The notes beneath the pieces are model-generated. The model ran no database searches. It was not told the origin of the DNA and saw nothing but the letters and a program-made list of their open reading frames with translations. Positions 18,076-26,265 of a stretch of DNA of 64,000 nucleotides are shown here, piece by piece (position 1 is the first letter of the stretch; every line of letters starts with the position of its first letter). The translations under genes were made by a program, and so were the position numbers. The stretch covers positions 318,393-382,392 of the forward strand of contig AP024680.1 in assembly GCA_025999275.1 (NCBI GenBank), written 5' to 3'. This DNA is from Patescibacteria group bacterium (GTDB lineage Bacteria; Patescibacteriota; Microgenomatia; UBA8517).

Positions 18076-18104
18076 TTGACAAAAAGTTTCTTTCCTTATA
18101 TATT
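18076..18104 (+). promoter_or_regulatory. Putative sigma-70-type promoter for the LytR_C-domain gene
   Basis: TTGACA at 18076-18081, a 17-nt spacer, then TATATT at 18099-18104, about 10 nt upstream of the ATG at 18115. Confidence 0.4.
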
Positions 18105-18114
18105 TCCTCTTACT

Positions 18115-18786
18115 ATGGAAGAAGTTCAGTTGGAAGAGCAACAACCAGTTTCTTCACCTTTGAATTCATCTCCTTTGTCTTCGGGTCAATTCCAAAGACA
18201 GTATTCAAAAGGAAGTAAAAAAACGGTGGGTTTGGTTTTGCTTTTGATTTCTCTAGTGTTGATAGGTGGAGCTGTTGTTTATTTTCTTTCTTTAAAAAAG
18301 AATGATAATAGTCAAAAACAGGGAACAATTTCTGAAACTCCTGTTCCTATTGTGGTTGAAGAGAACATGGAAAGTTCTCCCACACCAACCATTACCCCCG
18401 TTGTAGATAAAAAAGTTATTTCAATTCAGGTTCTAAACGGAACTGGAATTGTGGGTGAAGCGGCTTACCTTCAGGGTAAATTGGAGGATTTGGGTTATAC
18501 CTCTGTTAAAATTGGCAATGCTACTAAGCAAGATTATGAATCAACTGTTGTAACTTTTTCGCCAGATTTAGATCCTGCTGTGGTTGAGGAAATTACAAAA
18601 GAACTTGAAAAGATATATTCTAAGATAGAAACAAAGAAAAGTTCATCTATTAGTGGTGATGTGGAGATAATAACAGGTCTTAGGTCTGGACAAACCCCAA
18701 AAGTTTCATCTACATCAACTCCCAAACCAACAGTAACATCAACTCCAAAAGCTACAACTAGTTCATCTCCAACTTCTTCCCTTTAA
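18115..18786 (+). CDS. LytR_C (LytR C-terminal) domain membrane protein
   Basis: One N-terminal TM, then VISIQVLNGTGIVGEAAYLQGKLEDLGYTSVKIGNA, which matches the LytR_C domain, then a Ser/Thr/Pro-rich tail. The start is moved to the Met at 18115, past the terminator hairpin. Confidence 0.55.
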   Translation: MEEVQLEEQQPVSSPLNSSPLSSGQFQRQYSKGSKKTVGLVLLLISLVLIGGAVVYFLSLKKNDNSQKQGTISETPVPIVVEENMESSPTPTITPVVDKKVISIQVLNGTGIVGEAAYLQGKLEDLGYTSVKIGNATKQDYESTVVTFSPDLDPAVVEEITKELEKIYSKIETKKSSSISGDVEIITGLRSGQTPKVSSTSTPKPTVTSTPKATTSSSPTSSL

Positions 18787-18812
18787 ACTCAAATTTTGTG
18801 ATAATATGAGGT

Positions 18813-19286
18813 ATGGATTACTTGAGCAAGATTAGTTCAATTTTGCCTAAAGGTGGTTTTCATTACAAATTGGGCAATTTTTATTTTGAGCCATCTTATA
18901 TTCAAGTGGGTTTGATTATCTTTTTAATATTTCTTCTTCTTTTGTCTATTGCTCGGGTAAGGCATATGTTTGTCAGTTGGAGTTTGGGAAAACATTCGAT
19001 TGCTATTTTTGTTTGGGGTTTTATAGTTGCTCTGATTGTTGAGGGTTTCTTCGTTTTGGCAGGAAGAACAATGTTTACCGAGCTTTTGGGTTGGAAAAAC
19101 CCTCCCAAACCTATTGCCCACCTTTTAGACTTAGGTAGGAATAGGCTTGTTTATGTATTAGGTGAAAGTACAGAAATTAAGATTTCTCAGGCCAAAGAAA
19201 GTTCAGTGAATGAATTGATCAAAATTTTCTTTAGTTTAAGCATGGAGGAGAAGCAAAAAGTAAAAGCAGAAATTTGTAAACCTTAA
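18813..19286 (+). CDS. Hypothetical membrane protein
   Basis: 157 aa with two TMs, directly upstream of prfB. Confidence 0.4.
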   Translation: MDYLSKISSILPKGGFHYKLGNFYFEPSYIQVGLIIFLIFLLLLSIARVRHMFVSWSLGKHSIAIFVWGFIVALIVEGFFVLAGRTMFTELLGWKNPPKPIAHLLDLGRNRLVYVLGESTEIKISQAKESSVNELIKIFFSLSMEEKQKVKAEICKP

Positions 19287-19290
19287 AAAT

Positions 19291-20379
19291 ATGCCTGAAG
19301 TAAGACAAAGAGTAGAAGATGTTCAAAAAACTCTTAATGAGATTAAAAAATCTCTTAAAATTGAGGACAAAAAAACTCGACTTAAAGAGCTTGAAGCCGC
19401 TTCTCTTGATCCTGATTTTTGGAACGACCAGCAAAAGGCAAAACAAGTGATGCAGGAAATTGGCAATCTTCGTGATCTTATCGATAAGATTAAATCTTTT
19501 GAGGATGAAGTTGTTATTCTTTATGATCTAGTTAGAGAGAGCAAGGATGATGATGTTTTTGAGAAAGATGTGAGTTCTCTTGAAGAGAAGATGAAGGAGT
19601 TAAAACTAGCCTCTTTTCTTGATGGGCGTTATGATGAGAGGAATGCAATTGTTTCAATTCACGCTGGTCAAGGAGGGACGGAAGCAATGGATTGGGCCAG
19701 CATGCTTTATAGAATGTATCTTCGTTATGCAGAAAGAAAGGGTTTTAAAACAGAAACACTAGATTTAACTGAAGGTGAGGAAGCTGGGATAAAAAGTGTT
19801 ACTTTTAAAATAATAGGTCCTTATGCCTATGGATATTTAAAGGGAGAGTCAGGTACTCATCGTTTGGTTCGTCAGTCGCCTTTTAATGCAGATCATTTGA
19901 GGGAAACTTCTTTTGCTTTAGTTGGTGTTTTACCAGAAATTGGAGAAGTAGATGCTTCTGATATTAATTTTATAGATGAGGATCTTGAATGGCAGTTTTT
20001 TCGCTCTTCAAGCCAAGGAGGGCAAAATGTTCAGAAGGTTTCAACAGCGGTTAGAGTAAAACATATACCCACAGGAATAATAGTAACTTGCCAAACTCAG
20101 AGATTTCAGGAACAAAACCGTAAGATTGCTCTTGAACTATTGCGCGCCAAACTTTGGGCTCTTGAAGAAGAAAAAAAGAATAAAGAGGTCAAGGAAATAA
20201 AGGGTGAATATAGGCCTGCTTCATGGGGAAATCAGATAAGAAGTTATGTTCTTCATCCTTATAAAATGGTAAAAGACTTAAGGACTCAAGTCGAAACTTC
20301 CAATACTGAGGCTGTTTTGAATGGCGAAATAGATGATTTTATTGAGGCTGAAATAATGTCAAATTCAAGCTCTACTTGA
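19291..20379 (+). CDS. prfB: Peptide chain release factor 2
   Basis: SPF tripeptide (QSPFNADH) and the GGQ motif (SSQGGQNVQKV). The ORF is uninterrupted, with no +1 frameshift site. Confidence 0.9.
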   Translation: MPEVRQRVEDVQKTLNEIKKSLKIEDKKTRLKELEAASLDPDFWNDQQKAKQVMQEIGNLRDLIDKIKSFEDEVVILYDLVRESKDDDVFEKDVSSLEEKMKELKLASFLDGRYDERNAIVSIHAGQGGTEAMDWASMLYRMYLRYAERKGFKTETLDLTEGEEAGIKSVTFKIIGPYAYGYLKGESGTHRLVRQSPFNADHLRETSFALVGVLPEIGEVDASDINFIDEDLEWQFFRSSSQGGQNVQKVSTAVRVKHIPTGIIVTCQTQRFQEQNRKIALELLRAKLWALEEEKKNKEVKEIKGEYRPASWGNQIRSYVLHPYKMVKDLRTQVETSNTEAVLNGEIDDFIEAEIMSNSSST

Positions 20380-20411
20380 ATTTTCATTTATTGTAGTTTA
20401 AAGTCTTAAGT

Positions 20412-20897
20412 ATGGATGAGAATCAAGTTTCAATAAACCAATCAAATACTAATAACAATCAGTCGTCTGTTGAAAAACCGATGTTGGGGAAAGTTACTTC
20501 CAGTTCTTCTAAAAATTTGATTATGATTACGCTTGCAGTTTTTGTTGTTGGGATGGGAATCTTTACTGGTTGGATTATCTCAGGAGGTTTGAAAGGAAAG
20601 CCAAAAACATCAACTTCTGAAGGGCAAGTTGTCAAAACTAGTAAAGAAGCTGGGGTAAGCGACGAGAAAACTTTTAAAGATACAGCTACTGGTGTTTTGA
20701 AACAGGGAGGTGTTAATGGTGAAGGAACTCACCATTTGGAAAGAGAAGGTGGTCCTTCTCAATATGTTTATTTGACTTCTTCTGTGATTGATCTTGATTC
20801 TTTTATAGATAAAAAGGTGCAGGTTTGGGGGGAAACAATATCGGCCGCCAAAGCTGGTTGGTTTATGGATGTTGGTAAAGTCAAAGTTCTTGAGTGA
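20412..20897 (+). CDS. Hypothetical membrane-anchored protein
   Basis: Asn/Gln-rich N-terminus, one TM, then a ~100-aa exported domain. No known motif. Confidence 0.4.
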   Translation: MDENQVSINQSNTNNNQSSVEKPMLGKVTSSSSKNLIMITLAVFVVGMGIFTGWIISGGLKGKPKTSTSEGQVVKTSKEAGVSDEKTFKDTATGVLKQGGVNGEGTHHLEREGGPSQYVYLTSSVIDLDSFIDKKVQVWGETISAAKAGWFMDVGKVKVLE

Positions 20898-20915
20898 CAA
20901 GGTCCGTCCTTGTCA
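20895..20915. terminator. GC-rich palindromic hairpin, family B (TGACAAGGTCCGTCCTTGTCA)
   Basis: 8-bp stem with a 5-nt loop overlapping the TGA stop, followed by a T-rich run. The identical 21-mer recurs at 33039. Confidence 0.55.
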
Positions 20916-20963
20916 TTATTTCTCTTCTTGTTAAGCTTTCCAAAATTTAGTAATCTTAAGTTA

Positions 20964-21623
20964 ATGCTTGAAGTTGTCGATGTTAGCAAAACTTACGGTG
21001 ATATAGTGGCTTTAAATAAGATTTCTTTTAGTGCTGAGGCTGGTGAATTGGTTTTTATCACTGGAAAATCAGGATCTGGCAAGACAACTCTTCTTAAGCT
21101 AATTTTGAGGGAAATTTTTCCTGACAGTGGAAAGATTTTATTTGAGGGTAAAGATATATTTTCTCTTAAAGGCAGTGAAATTCCTTTATATAGGCAAAAG
21201 ATTGGCGTAGTGTTTCAGGATTTTAAGATTTTAACAGAGAAAACAGTACGAGAAAATGTAGAAATTGCTTTGGCTGTAGTAGGTGTTCCTTCTTCTGAAT
21301 GGAATATTCGTGTTGATGAAGTTCTAAAAATGACTGGCCTTGACAGACGAAGTGAGCTTTTTCCTCTACAACTTTCCGGAGGAGAATTGCAAAGAGTTTC
21401 TCTAGCCCGTGCCTTGGTAGTCAACCCCCAAATTATTCTTGCAGATGAGCCGACTGGCAATCTTGACTGGGAAACGTCGGAGGGTATTATGGAATTATTC
21501 AAGAAAGTGGTTGAATCAGGCAAACTGGTCTTGATGGCAACACATAATCTAGCTTTGGTAGATAAGTATTCAAAGGTTGAAAAAGGAAGTAAAATGAAAA
21601 CTAAGGTTATTAATCTTTCTTAA
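20964..21623 (+). CDS. ftsE: Cell division ATP-binding protein FtsE
   Basis: ABC ATPase with Walker A GKSGSGKTT, signature LSGGELQRV and Walker B ILADEPTGNLD. Start set at the Met at 20964 (MLEVVDVSK). Confidence 0.9.
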   Translation: MLEVVDVSKTYGDIVALNKISFSAEAGELVFITGKSGSGKTTLLKLILREIFPDSGKILFEGKDIFSLKGSEIPLYRQKIGVVFQDFKILTEKTVRENVEIALAVVGVPSSEWNIRVDEVLKMTGLDRRSELFPLQLSGGELQRVSLARALVVNPQIILADEPTGNLDWETSEGIMELFKKVVESGKLVLMATHNLALVDKYSKVEKGSKMKTKVINLS

Positions 21624-21625
21624 AA

Positions 21626-22543
21626 ATGGGAATTCATTTTAAGACAGCTATAAGAAATATAATTAGGTCTCCTTTTCAGGCTTTTGCTGCTGTTTTTGTT
21701 TTGGCAATTACTTTCTTTATTGTTAGTATACTTGTTGCTCTTCTTTACTCTTCAAGTCAAGTTTTACATTATTTTGAAACAAGGCCACAAGTTATAGCTT
21801 TTTTGAAGTCAGATGTTTCAGCCGGTGATATTTATAATCTTCAGCAAAAGTTGAGTTCTGATACTCGAGTCAAGGAGGTTCGTTATGTTTCAAAAGAAGA
21901 TGCTTTGAAAATTTACAAGGAGGCAACTTCCGAGACTCCTCTTTTAGCTGAATTAGTTAGCCCTACAGCTTTTCCTGCCAGTCTTGAATTGTCGCTTGTT
22001 AAGCTTGACTACGCTCAAGAATTAATTAGTGAGTTAAAGCAAGAGAAACTAGTTGATCAGGTTGGCTTTACTGCAAACTTGGGGGGAGAGGCAACTTTGA
22101 ACAATACCATAAACAGACTCAAATCCATAGTAAATTATTTGAGATTAGGAGGCGGAATTTTTACGGCTTTCTTGGCTGTCACTTCCCTTATGGTTCTTTT
22201 GGTGGTTATAAGTATGAGATTAATGGCAAGGAAGCAGGAGGTGGATATTCTTAATTTGATTGGTGCAACACCACTTTTTGTTGCAAGTCCTGTTATTTTA
22301 GAGGCGTTTATTTATGTTTTAGTTGGAGTTTTTATTGGTTGGCTTTTGGCTTTTGTTTTGGTTTTATATTTTGCTCCGTCTTTGATTTCTTACTTTGGGC
22401 AGATCGAAATTTTACCAAAAGATACATTTACTCTTTTTAAAATGTCGTTATTAGTTTTGTTTGCAGAATGGCTGGCTGGGTTTGTTTTGGCTTTTTTGGG
22501 GAGCTTCCTTGCAATATCTCGTTTATCCAAAAAGAAGGCCTAG
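21626..22543 (+). CDS. ftsX: Cell division permease FtsX
   Basis: Four-TM FtsX topology with a large first periplasmic loop. Immediately follows ftsE. Confidence 0.8.
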   Translation: MGIHFKTAIRNIIRSPFQAFAAVFVLAITFFIVSILVALLYSSSQVLHYFETRPQVIAFLKSDVSAGDIYNLQQKLSSDTRVKEVRYVSKEDALKIYKEATSETPLLAELVSPTAFPASLELSLVKLDYAQELISELKQEKLVDQVGFTANLGGEATLNNTINRLKSIVNYLRLGGGIFTAFLAVTSLMVLLVVISMRLMARKQEVDILNLIGATPLFVASPVILEAFIYVLVGVFIGWLLAFVLVLYFAPSLISYFGQIEILPKDTFTLFKMSLLVLFAEWLAGFVLAFLGSFLAISRLSKKKA

Positions 22544-22553
22544 TTGTTAAAAA

Positions 22554-23729
22554 ATGCGCTTGCTTTTAAAAAAATTTTTCTTTTTTGTTTTATTAATCTT
22601 TCTTTTTGTGTTTTTATTTTCTTCTTTTACTGTTAGAGCGCAAGATCAGGATATTTCTCGTGACCAAAAATTAAAGGAATTGCAAGATCAAATTGCAAAG
22701 TATGAAGAGGAATTGAGTCGTCTTCGCCAACAATCAGCAACCTTAAGCAATCAAATAGCCCAGTATGACGCTCAGATTGCCCTTGCTACTTTGCAGATTG
22801 AGGAGACACAAAGAAAAATAGAGCTTTTAGAGGGTAGGATTGGACAGCTCGAAAATTCTTTAGACGCTTTAACTAAGGCTTTCTCATCACGTGCGGCTGA
22901 GACTTACAAAATGGTTAAGCTGGGCGAGCCGATTTTGTTTTTAATCTCATCTCCTGATCTTTCAACGGCGGTTTCAAGATTTCATTATCTAAAACTTATT
23001 CAACGATATGATCAAGAGCTTTTGATTAAACTTCAAGCAACCCAAACAACATATCAAGATCAAAAAACGGATCAGGAGTCTTTACAGAAACAGCTTGAAA
23101 AGCAAAAGGCCAATCTTGATGCTCAAAAGGCAGCTAAGGCTAATTTGTTGGCAGCGAGTAAAAATGATGAGAGGTATTACCAAAGACTTTTAACTCAAGC
23201 CAGAAGTCAGCTTGCAGCTTTGAGGCGTTATGTCACAAGTCAGGGTGGAGCAACTATCTTGCAAAATCAAACCAAGTGCGATGGTTGGGGTTGCTATTAT
23301 AACCAGCGAGATAGCCAGTGGGGGACAATTGGCATAGGTGGATCTTCTTATTCAGTGGCTGAATATGGATGTCTTATTTCTTCAATTGCAATGATTAGTA
23401 GCCATTATGGCAAAAAGCTGACGCCAGGTGATATTGCTATTAATCCGAATTATTTTGTCCCCGGAACTGGTTATATTTACCACTCAGCAGAAGGAATGCC
23501 TTTTACAATTAGCACGGCTTCAGTATCACAACTTGATAGTCTTCTTTCTAAAGGCCCTGTAATTGCAGGTCTTTACTCTGGGCCTGATCATTTTATTGTT
23601 ATTTTAAGAAAAGAAGGGAACGATTATATAATGCATGATCCTTTTATGCCTGATGGGGCAAATCGCCGATTGACTGAAAAATATAAAGTTTCAGATATCA
23701 CAAGTCTAAGATTGGTAAGCTTTAATTGA
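22554..23729 (+). CDS. Coiled-coil protein with C-terminal C39-like cysteine peptidase domain (putative FtsEX-regulated peptidoglycan hydrolase, PcsB/EnvC analog)
   Basis: Signal/TM at the N-terminus, ~200 aa of heptad-rich coiled coil (LKELQDQIAKYEEELSRLRQQ), then a C-terminal domain with EYGCLISSIAMISSHYG (Cys) and GPDHFIVILRKEG (His). Position right after ftsEX supports the role. Confidence 0.6.
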   Translation: MRLLLKKFFFFVLLIFLFVFLFSSFTVRAQDQDISRDQKLKELQDQIAKYEEELSRLRQQSATLSNQIAQYDAQIALATLQIEETQRKIELLEGRIGQLENSLDALTKAFSSRAAETYKMVKLGEPILFLISSPDLSTAVSRFHYLKLIQRYDQELLIKLQATQTTYQDQKTDQESLQKQLEKQKANLDAQKAAKANLLAASKNDERYYQRLLTQARSQLAALRRYVTSQGGATILQNQTKCDGWGCYYNQRDSQWGTIGIGGSSYSVAEYGCLISSIAMISSHYGKKLTPGDIAINPNYFVPGTGYIYHSAEGMPFTISTASVSQLDSLLSKGPVIAGLYSGPDHFIVILRKEGNDYIMHDPFMPDGANRRLTEKYKVSDITSLRLVSFN

Positions 23730-23735
23730 GTCTAC

Positions 23736-23771
23736 TTCCACGCCGGGCTTGGAATAGCTTCGCAAGCCGGG
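23736..23771 (+). repeat. REP-like GC-rich imperfect palindrome, copy 1 (TTCCACGCCGGGCTTGGAATAGCTTCGCAAGCCGGG)
   Basis: Identical 36-mer to 36635..36670. Lies just after the stop of the FtsEX-associated peptidase gene. Confidence 0.7.
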
Positions 23772-23841
23772 ATTATTGAATTAAATTTCCTATCGTTTTA
23801 TTGCTGATTTAGGATGTGTTATAAATAAAGTAGCTAAAAAA

Positions 23842-25074
23842 ATGGCCCAAGTTTCAAAAGCTTCTAAGAATGTTTATCTAGAGATTTTGTGTACAAGTTT
23901 TATTTCGTTCCTAAAAATTAAAAAAGATAGTTTTTTCATTTCATATAAAAATTATTTTGCTCGATTCTTTATTTTTGTATTTATTTCTTTTGCTGTCTTA
24001 TTTTTGTCTTTTTCGGAAGTTGCCGCTCAAGTGGTGATTAATGAGTTTCATCCCAATTCACCTGAGTGGGTAGAATTTTACAATAGTAGTTCTGACGTCA
24101 TAAATCTTTCTGATTTTTGGTTTGATGATGACGATAATTTTGTTTCTGATATAGGTACTTCTTCTAAAAGAAGATTGTCTGGTTTATTGAGTGGTGGCGC
24201 AACTTGCTATTTGGATCTTAATAGTTATTTAAATGATAATGGAGACAAGCCAACTATTTTTAGCTTGTCGGGGGAGATAATTGATAGTTATTCTTATATA
24301 TCATCTTTAGGAGATAAAACTTACTCTAGAGATCCTGATGGTGGTGAATGGGCTTCGGCTGGTATGGATCCGACAAAATCTCTGACCAATTGTTTGTCTC
24401 TGGCCACTCCAACTCCTACTCAAACTCCCACTCCAACACCAGTTTCCACTTCATCCTCTAATTCTTCTAGTTCAAAAGCAACGGTTAAAATAAATAGTGC
24501 CAAAGATCAAAACGGAAACGAACTTTTAGGATCGTTGAAAATTTACATCGACGGAAATTATACTGGCAATTATGCTCCAGAGACTTATACATTTTGTAGT
24601 GATTGTAAGTGTGGTAGTAATAATGTCCCTTGTGGTTTTGGCAATCACACTTTTAAAGTTGAAAAGACTGGTTATAATTCTTGGACAAAAACAGCGGAAA
24701 TAAGTGCTGATAATAATTATGAATTTGATCCAGTTTTGACTTTAGTATCTTCTAGTCCTTCTCCAACTTTGAAGGCAACTCCCACCGCAACTGCTTCAGC
24801 AACGCCAAAATCAACAACTTTTAATCTTTCAACTTCTAGCGAATCAGCGCTTCTTGCTGAGGATGTTTTTTCTAATAATAAAGGGGTTTTGGGTGCTTTT
24901 TCTGAAAGCAAGACATCAACTCCTGTTCCCAACCAATCTGATTCAAAGTTTAAATTAGCAGCTCTGTTTTTTATTATTTCGGGTCTTTCTTTTTTGGGAT
25001 CGGCCGTTTATGCTTATCTAAAGAAAAAGAAAAATGCAAAACCAGATGAGTCTAAAAGTGAAGAAGCTGGTTAA
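23842..25074 (+). CDS. Lamin-tail-domain (LTD) cell-surface protein with PEGA-like domain and C-terminal membrane anchor
   Basis: VVINEFHPNSPEWVEFYNSSSDVINLSDFWFDDDD matches the LTD consensus. A TPTPT linker follows. The Cys-rich YTGNYAPETYTF...FKVEKTGYNSWTKTAEI region looks PEGA-like. C-terminal TM with a KKKK tail. Confidence 0.6.
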   Translation: MAQVSKASKNVYLEILCTSFISFLKIKKDSFFISYKNYFARFFIFVFISFAVLFLSFSEVAAQVVINEFHPNSPEWVEFYNSSSDVINLSDFWFDDDDNFVSDIGTSSKRRLSGLLSGGATCYLDLNSYLNDNGDKPTIFSLSGEIIDSYSYISSLGDKTYSRDPDGGEWASAGMDPTKSLTNCLSLATPTPTQTPTPTPVSTSSSNSSSSKATVKINSAKDQNGNELLGSLKIYIDGNYTGNYAPETYTFCSDCKCGSNNVPCGFGNHTFKVEKTGYNSWTKTAEISADNNYEFDPVLTLVSSSPSPTLKATPTATASATPKSTTFNLSTSSESALLAEDVFSNNKGVLGAFSESKTSTPVPNQSDSKFKLAALFFIISGLSFLGSAVYAYLKKKKNAKPDESKSEEAG

Positions 25075-25444
25075 ACTTTGGGCGCCGCCTGTTTTTTGGA
25101 TGGCGCTTATTTTTTTTCTTAGCTCTCGTCCTACACTCAAAACGACTCAAATTTACTGGCAGGATTTTATTATCAAAAAAACAGCTCATTTTATTGAGTA
25201 TGCAATTTTGGCTTTTCTTTATCTCCGTGGCTTTTTGGGAAGCGGTTTTCCAAAAAAGAAGTCGTTTATTTTTGCACTTGTTCTTTGTATTTTGTATGCC
25301 GCTTCTGATGAATTTCACCAGTCTTTTATTCCCGGTCGGGAGCCAAGAATAAGGGATGTGATAATTGATACCATTGGCGCTTTTTCATCTTTGTACTATT
25401 TTGTCTTTTATAGAAAAAAGCCCTTTAAGTATTTGCAATCTTAA
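25034..25444 (+). CDS. VanZ-like family membrane protein
   Basis: DEFHQSFIPGREPRIRDVIIDTIGA matches the VanZ signature. Overlaps the end of the LTD gene, and the exact start is uncertain. Confidence 0.6.
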   Translation: MQNQMSLKVKKLVKLWAPPVFWMALIFFLSSRPTLKTTQIYWQDFIIKKTAHFIEYAILAFLYLRGFLGSGFPKKKSFIFALVLCILYAASDEFHQSFIPGREPRIRDVIIDTIGAFSSLYYFVFYRKKPFKYLQS

Positions 25445-25468
25445 ATCAATCTGCACTATTATTAATTA

Positions 25469-26098
25469 ATGGCAAGGGAATCTGCTATTCAAAAAGAAAA
25501 GAAAAAGGTTTCTTCCTATCTTAATATTGCCGGTGAGGTCTTTATTCTTTTTTCAATCTTAATTTTGTTTTTCACCTATGGGCCGGTGACAAAAGAGGAG
25601 GTTTCCTATCAGATAAGACAAGTAGTTAAAAACAAAGAAGTCAAAGAAATCCAGCCTGTCAACACTCAATTTTCAATCGTTATTCCAAAACTTGAAGTTT
25701 CAGCGCCTGTATTTGCTTCTGTTGATCCTTTTAATCCAAGCGAATACTTGCCCGTCTTAAAAAAGGGAGTTGCTCATTCAAAATATTCCTCTTTTCCTGA
25801 CAGTTTTGGCAACACTTACCTTTTTGCCCATTCAACCGACGCTTTTTATAATGTTGGCAAATATAACGCTGTTTTTTATCTTCTTGGAAAATTAGAAAAG
25901 GGAGATGAGATAGATGTTTATTATAAGGACCAAAAATATGTTTATAGAGTATCTGATAAGAAAGTTGTTGAACCGAAGGACGTGTTTTATTTGGTCAATT
26001 CTGGAAAGGGAAATATTTTAACTCTTCAGACTTGCTATCCGCCAGGAACAACGTTAAAGCGTTTGATTGTTATTGCTAATCAGGAAGTTGGGATATAG
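25469..26098 (+). CDS. Sortase-family transpeptidase
   Basis: N-terminal TM, conserved His (YLFAHSTD) and the catalytic TLQTC (TLxTC) motif near the C-terminus. Confidence 0.75.
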   Translation: MARESAIQKEKKKVSSYLNIAGEVFILFSILILFFTYGPVTKEEVSYQIRQVVKNKEVKEIQPVNTQFSIVIPKLEVSAPVFASVDPFNPSEYLPVLKKGVAHSKYSSFPDSFGNTYLFAHSTDAFYNVGKYNAVFYLLGKLEKGDEIDVYYKDQKYVYRVSDKKVVEPKDVFYLVNSGKGNILTLQTCYPPGTTLKRLIVIANQEVGI

Positions 26099-26265
26099 TA
26101 AAATTGAACAGGCTTTTTTAGCTAAATATTGACTTTTCCTATAGCAAGTGTTATAAAGCATTTGGGTAGCCTAGCCTTATATAGATGCACAAAAATAAAA
26201 GACGGCTAATTGCCTTAATATCTGCCTTTTCGGTTTTAATTAACTCGCTCTCCTTTTAGTCTCCT

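Noticed and set aside
18046-18114. N-terminal 23 codons of ORF 18046..18786 (MDRVGPCPVCLTK...)
   Set aside because: This stretch is simply the translation of the family-A terminator hairpin plus the promoter region. The real start is the Met at 18115, downstream of a TTGACA-17-TATATT promoter.
19291-20379. Expected programmed +1 frameshift in prfB
   Set aside because: The ORF is continuous from the ATG. There is no CUU UGA C-type shift site or upstream short frame.
26257-26259. TAG reassigned to a sense codon as an explanation for the in-frame TAG in the adhesin signal peptide
   Set aside because: TAG clearly terminates other well-conserved genes in this window (the FKBP gene at 15535..15537, ftsX at 22541..22543), and RF2 is intact.
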